From contig OZ024742.1 of assembly GCA_964016885.1 (NCBI GenBank), positions 143,034,001-143,098,000 on the forward strand: 64,000 nt of DNA. The letters are read 5' to 3'. Below, piece after piece: positions 58,913 through 64,000 of the stretch. Source of the DNA: Eledone cirrhosa (Eukaryota). The position numbers and the translations under genes are program-made. Numbering within the stretch: the first letter of the stretch is position 1; each line of letters starts with the position of its first letter. Under the pieces are notes generated by a model. It was not told where the DNA came from. It ran no database searches and saw only the letters and a list, made by a program, of their open reading frames with translations.

Positions 58913-59947
58913 CAGGTCACCAGTTGGTGCTACTGGTAACATGTATCCCAGTACAACCTGTCCCATGGTCGGGTCGTTGGCGACTAAACTGGCAACCCCG
59001 CCAAGGTTTCTTGGTGAGGAGGGTGACTTTGGACATCCTGCAGGACTAAAAACAAAACCTGTCAAAGGGCAAAGGAACTCTTAAGAGTCAATGGCCATCC
59101 AAAATCACCGGGAGAGATGACCCCTTAGCCTTTGTCAATGCAGAATTCTAGGAGAAGGAAAACTCTGATATAACACCTGCAACCCTGATGGTATCCAATG
59201 ATGTTGACTTGTTCTTCTTTTTGGTAAATATCATCTTGGTTAAGAGAGTGGGACTGGCTTTGTGCAGTGCCTTTGCTCACTATAAAAGCTTCACGGCACA
59301 GGCATTGCTTTATATCTGGAGATCTCTCTGCACTTGTCATCACAGGGTACCATGGGCCCAGCACTATGTGTCAGTAATTGTCACAAGTGTAGTGTTTGTA
59401 CCAAAGTTTTCAAGTCGCTTGCTGGACTGAAAAGTCACACTCGTTCAGCGCATCAGTAGGGGTTCTCCTACATGGATATAAAGTAGTGGCCGTACTCGAA
59501 AACGAGTTGGCAGCCACCATATATATATATATATCCGGGAGAGATGACCTCTTGGTCTTTGTCAAGGCAGAATTCTAGAAGAAGGAAAGCTCTGATATAA
59601 CACCTGCAACCCTGATGGTATCCAATGATGTTGACTTGTTCTTCTTTTTGGTAAATATCATCTTGGTTAAGAGAGTGGGACTGGCTTTGTGCAGTGCCTT
59701 TGCTCACTATAAAAGCTTCACAGCACAGGCATTGCTTTATATCTGGAGATCTCTCTGCACTTGTCGTCACATGGTACCATGGGCCCAGCACTGTGTGTCA
59801 ATAATGGTCACAGGTGTAGTCTTTGTACCAGAGTTTTCAAGTCGCTGGCTGGACTAAAAAGTCACATTCGTTCAGCGCATCGGTAGGGGTTCTCCTACAT
59901 GGATATAAAGTAGTGGCCGTACTCGAAAACGAGTTGGCAGCCACCAT
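58913..59947 (+). mobile_element. Non-autonomous RTE-like element: structured leader plus 427-bp tandem duplication
   Basis: Leader 58913-59107. Duplicated units start at 59108 and 59535, contain CTAG(G/A)AGAAGGAAA.TCTGAT (also at ~60244-60272) and each end in GCAGCCACCAT followed by a microsatellite. Confidence 0.6.
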
Positions 59948-59974
59948 GTATGTATGTATGTATGTATGTATGTA

Positions 59975-60022
<48 letters not shown>

Positions 60023-62179
60023 CGCGCGCGCACATGTGTGTGTGTGTGTGTGCCGGAGTGAGAATAGGCCTGAGATTCTACACGCGTCTCATGTAGTTTC
60101 TGACAACCGAAGCCCATCTCCTAGCTTTCCCGTGGTGAAGATGTTTGGAACTGACCAGGAGAAGGGACGAGCGTGAGTTACTGAAGCCTTAAAACTAATT
60201 GCTCTGGGTAAATAGAACTCGTCAGCCTTGGATGGCAGTCTGTCTAGGAGAAAGGTCACTCTGATTTCAAAACCGGGGTCGATGGATCTCCTTAGTCACT
60301 TTGGTGATAACCTTTCAACTGGCGAACGGCTTCATCCTTGTTATGAAGGTAGACGAGTTTCTGCTCGATAGCTATCTTCCGAGTAATGGTCAGACAAGGA
60401 TTAAGGACCTACTGCTACCTTCTTTCCGATGAGAATGATGAACATACGTGAGAACATTGGTGACCATAGATATTCAATCTGTTCTCCACCCTTAGTTCAT
60501 GTCGCTGTTCCTCTACTTTTCACTGAAAAAAGATCTCTTAAAGACTGAAGTCAATCCGCAATAGGGAGCACTATAAGTCACCAGTGTGAAGTAATATTGC
60601 TGTGTAAAATTTAAGCCCTCTAATGGAAAAACAAAGTGATAGAACAGTATTGTAATCCATGTACAAAGAATATCGCAATCGATTAATGCCATGTAATATA
60701 TAGAATAAGCTCTATCACATCGATTATAGGAAGTAGGTGTTATACACAAGAATCGGGAGAAGGGAAGAAGGGAAGAAGGGAGAAAGAGAGGAAGAGAGGA
60801 GAAAATCCTGTACAAATAACTATATCTTCTAATAATCCAAACCCGTATGGCTTCATCAACTCTCTGAACAGTCATTGCTTAAGAAAAGAAGGAATAAATC
60901 GAAATATTGAATATATTCACACTTGTCACAAGCTTCGATGAAACAATATGTTATTGGTGACTCTACTGAATGACATAACATTTTAAGTTATCGAAATTCA
61001 ATATCTAGCCACTGTTAATTATAAAATAAGTAGTAACACACTTAATGTGGCAAGCAAGAAAAACTTTAATTACATCAAGACTCTCTTGACATTAGAGGAG
61101 GTGGGGAGCAAACATCGGATCAATGCTTAAATTTCCTTATAACGACAGCTCCCCCATCTAAAATAATGGTTTCTGATTTAGGCACAAGGACAACAATTTT
61201 TGGGGAGGGTGCTTTATTTTATTGACCCCGTAAGGATGAAAGGTAAAATTAACCTCGGTGGAATTTGAACTCAGAACGTAAAGGGCTGTAACTCTATGTC
61301 ACAAAGCATGTTGTCCAACGCTCTACCGATACTGCCAATCCAGCGCCTATCTGAAATAATTGTTTCTAATATTGGCACACGGTAAGGGCGGTAGATTGAC
61401 AGTATCGGTGGAGCGTCGGACAACAAGCTTTATGGTTTAGAGTTACGGCCTTTTCCGATCTGAGTTCAAATCCTGCCGAGGTTAGCTTTGGCTTGCATTC
61501 TTACAGGGTCGATAAAATAAAGTACCAGTAATCCACTGGGGTCGATTTAATCGACTTTCCCCTTCCCCTAAATTGTTGGCCTTGTGCCTAAATCAGAAAC
61601 CAATATTGGTACAGAACTTTTAAGGGAAGGCAAAGTCGATTAAATCGACCTCAGTTCTTCCCTTCCCTTCCACTAGTCACAAATGCTCTCGAATAAAGTC
61701 ATGATCTCTTTCTTTCCTCACACCTGTCACGAAGGCTTTCTTCCGGAGAGGGTCATGGGATCTGCCCTTCCTCCCACCAACCACAAAAGCTTTTGTAGAG
61801 GGTCATAAGATTGTCTCTTCTTCCTCTGACTAACCAGTAAAACAAAAGATATGTTAGAGACGTCCTGCTACGTACACTCACCATTAAACCACAAGATTCA
61901 TAACTGAAAATATTCGAACATTCAGAGATATCTTTCAAATTAAACATGCCAGTTATATAGCAGTTCGATTATTTTTATTTCTGGATTTAAAAAAAAAATG
62001 ACACGCCAGTCATATCAGTCTTGTCCGAGTTTGTAATTAGAACAATTAGTTAAAAACAAAACTGTCTGCGATTTGTCAAATTTAGTTCGGTGTTCTATGA
62101 ACAAATAACTTAAATCATTGCTGTAGTGATACAACAATTTAATAACCAGTTTAATAACGAGCTAATGAGAGAGAATTTA

Positions 62180-62430
62180 CCTTGTCACTTGGCCTGCTAG
62201 AAATAACAGCCATATCTTCCTCAAAATACACGCTGGAAAGGGAGAGATACATTGTATAATGTAGTTTTAGATATGCAATACCTGAGAAAGGCATGCAATG
62301 GTCATGCTTGAAAAAAAAAAGAGAAAAAACAAAAACAAACAAACAAACATGGTAGGATGGTCATGGCTGGAATAGCTTTAATAATAGATGGGCTTAATTT
62401 GATCTGACCTAGGGTTGAACAATAACAACA
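62180..62430 (+). repeat. Abundant ~250-bp dispersed repeat (GGTCACTTG..CTGCTAGAAATAGCAGCCAAATCT core)
   Basis: The core recurs at ~15700, 16490, 18740, 24750(-), 27660(-), 28400(-), 44220, 44720(-), 51710(-), 53520 and 55400; class not determined. Confidence 0.6.
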
Positions 62431-64000
62431 TTAACAACTAGTCTAATAATCTGCTATATCATTGAAATGGATACTGATGTCGACATTCTGGCTGGAAATT
62501 ATATAAAATTCATCGACCTCTATCTCAGAGATTTGACGGATCATGAATTTTTCATGAAATATACTTTGGATTCATACAGAAGCAAAATAGTTTTTAAAAC
62601 AAACACAATAAATAGAAATGATAGCTTGCTATAGCAATATTTCTACTGAACTAATTAAAAAAAAAAATTATTATTGTTTTTTGTGGGTGGTGGAGTTGGA
62701 AGGTGATTCCGCTCTTGCCTTCGCAGGTGTAGATTTAGAAATAAAAATGAAAAGGAATGAAATACAAAATAATCTCTATGATCACTTAATTAACGTTCTT
62801 GTAACAAATGTAGAATTGGAAGTTGTATTTTTATCTGTCGGAATTTATTGCACAAAACTTGATACTAAATAAAAAAGGTAAAAAAAAAAAAAAAAAAAAT
62901 ACATTCGGTCTTTTGTTTTTAAAAAATCTATTTTAAATCCTATAAATTTTATTTTGTTATTTCCCCCTTTCGTAATTAAATCTTTTAAAGATTAAGATTG
63001 AAGAGAATGCATTTGTTTTTTGTAGAATAAATTGTGTTTTGTTGTTATTTCAAGTGTGTGGCCTTGCGCCTAGGAAAAGACAACAACAACAAGAAAAATT
63101 ATTATTTCAAATGTAAAACATTTATTTTCCCTTTATTCATTACAAATATTTAAAATACTGAATGAAATAAATCGAAAAAAGAATATTGTTTTTTTCTCCA
63201 TATTTCCCTAAAACAAAGATATAACATTTCAGGATCGAAATATATTGAATCCCAATGTCTCAGAACCAAATATTTCCACTGAAATTACAGTTTTAAACTA
63301 CTATAAACTGAAAGAAAGATAATGAAAACACAGCAAAAACCATGTGATTTGTTTACCAAATAGCGATTGGCATTCACAAAGAAATGTGTATGAAACAGAG
63401 CTACGTTTTCAACCAATGAATGAATTTTAGTTATCGAACTAATATTTTTGTTGTTGGCGGGACATGAAGTTGATAAAATGTTCCTCTTTTTGAAGCCGAA
63501 GTAAAATAATAAATTATCACTTCATATAAATGAGAGACGCTATAGCGAAGTGAACAAGCAACTGAGTTCATAGATTGTGAGTCTAGCTCCATTGGGACAA
63601 AATACCTAACTATCTTTGCATATCAATACACACACAGTCACGTGCACACACACACACACACGCGCGCGCGCACGCACACACACACACATACACACACACA
63701 CGAACACACACACACGTTCGCACATATGTAATTAAAACCGCCAGAGCTATTCACGAACACACACGAAAGTAATTCATAAACTTATATTTGACTCCAAATA
63801 CAAGACTGATGCTGCATAAGGAAATGTAAAAATCACAAACATCCTTCAAAACTACATCTTCCCGACAAAACAACCACCAGCCTGCACCAATTACTGGTAT
63901 AGGGATGACGGACGTTTTCAAGCCGCAGCCGTCATCCAGACCGTGGGGGGCTCTATTTGTCTCGTAAGACCATGGATTTGCTCATGAAAAGTTCCTCACA

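Overview
AT-rich, intron-rich eukaryotic (animal) DNA; the repeat content (tRNA-headed SINEs, RTE/CR1/Tx1/Penelope remnants, (TACA)n/(TC)n microsatellites) suggests a coleoid cephalopod such as Octopus (inference). Two genes sit head-to-head only ~300 bp apart. On the minus strand is the 5' end of a DCN1-like neddylation gene (DCUN1D1/2: ATG-only exon 3527-3529, exon 3149-3368, continuing off the left edge). On the plus strand is a complete 17-coding-exon MCM7 gene (3834-36656, 2181 nt, 726 aa). MCM7 intron 7 (16843-19359) has the signals of a U12-type (minor spliceosome) GT-AG intron. The right ~27 kb has no recognisable host gene. It holds a near-full-length but disabled Tx1-clade LINE flanked on both sides by (TC)n, R4/Dong-type REL-endonuclease fragments embedded in (TACA)n, Penelope remnants with decayed hammerhead-like motifs, a multi-hairpin RTE-like leader with a 427-bp tandem duplication, and many SINEs/MITEs. 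All family assignments come from reading the sequence by eye; no database search was run. Repeat boundaries are approximate.
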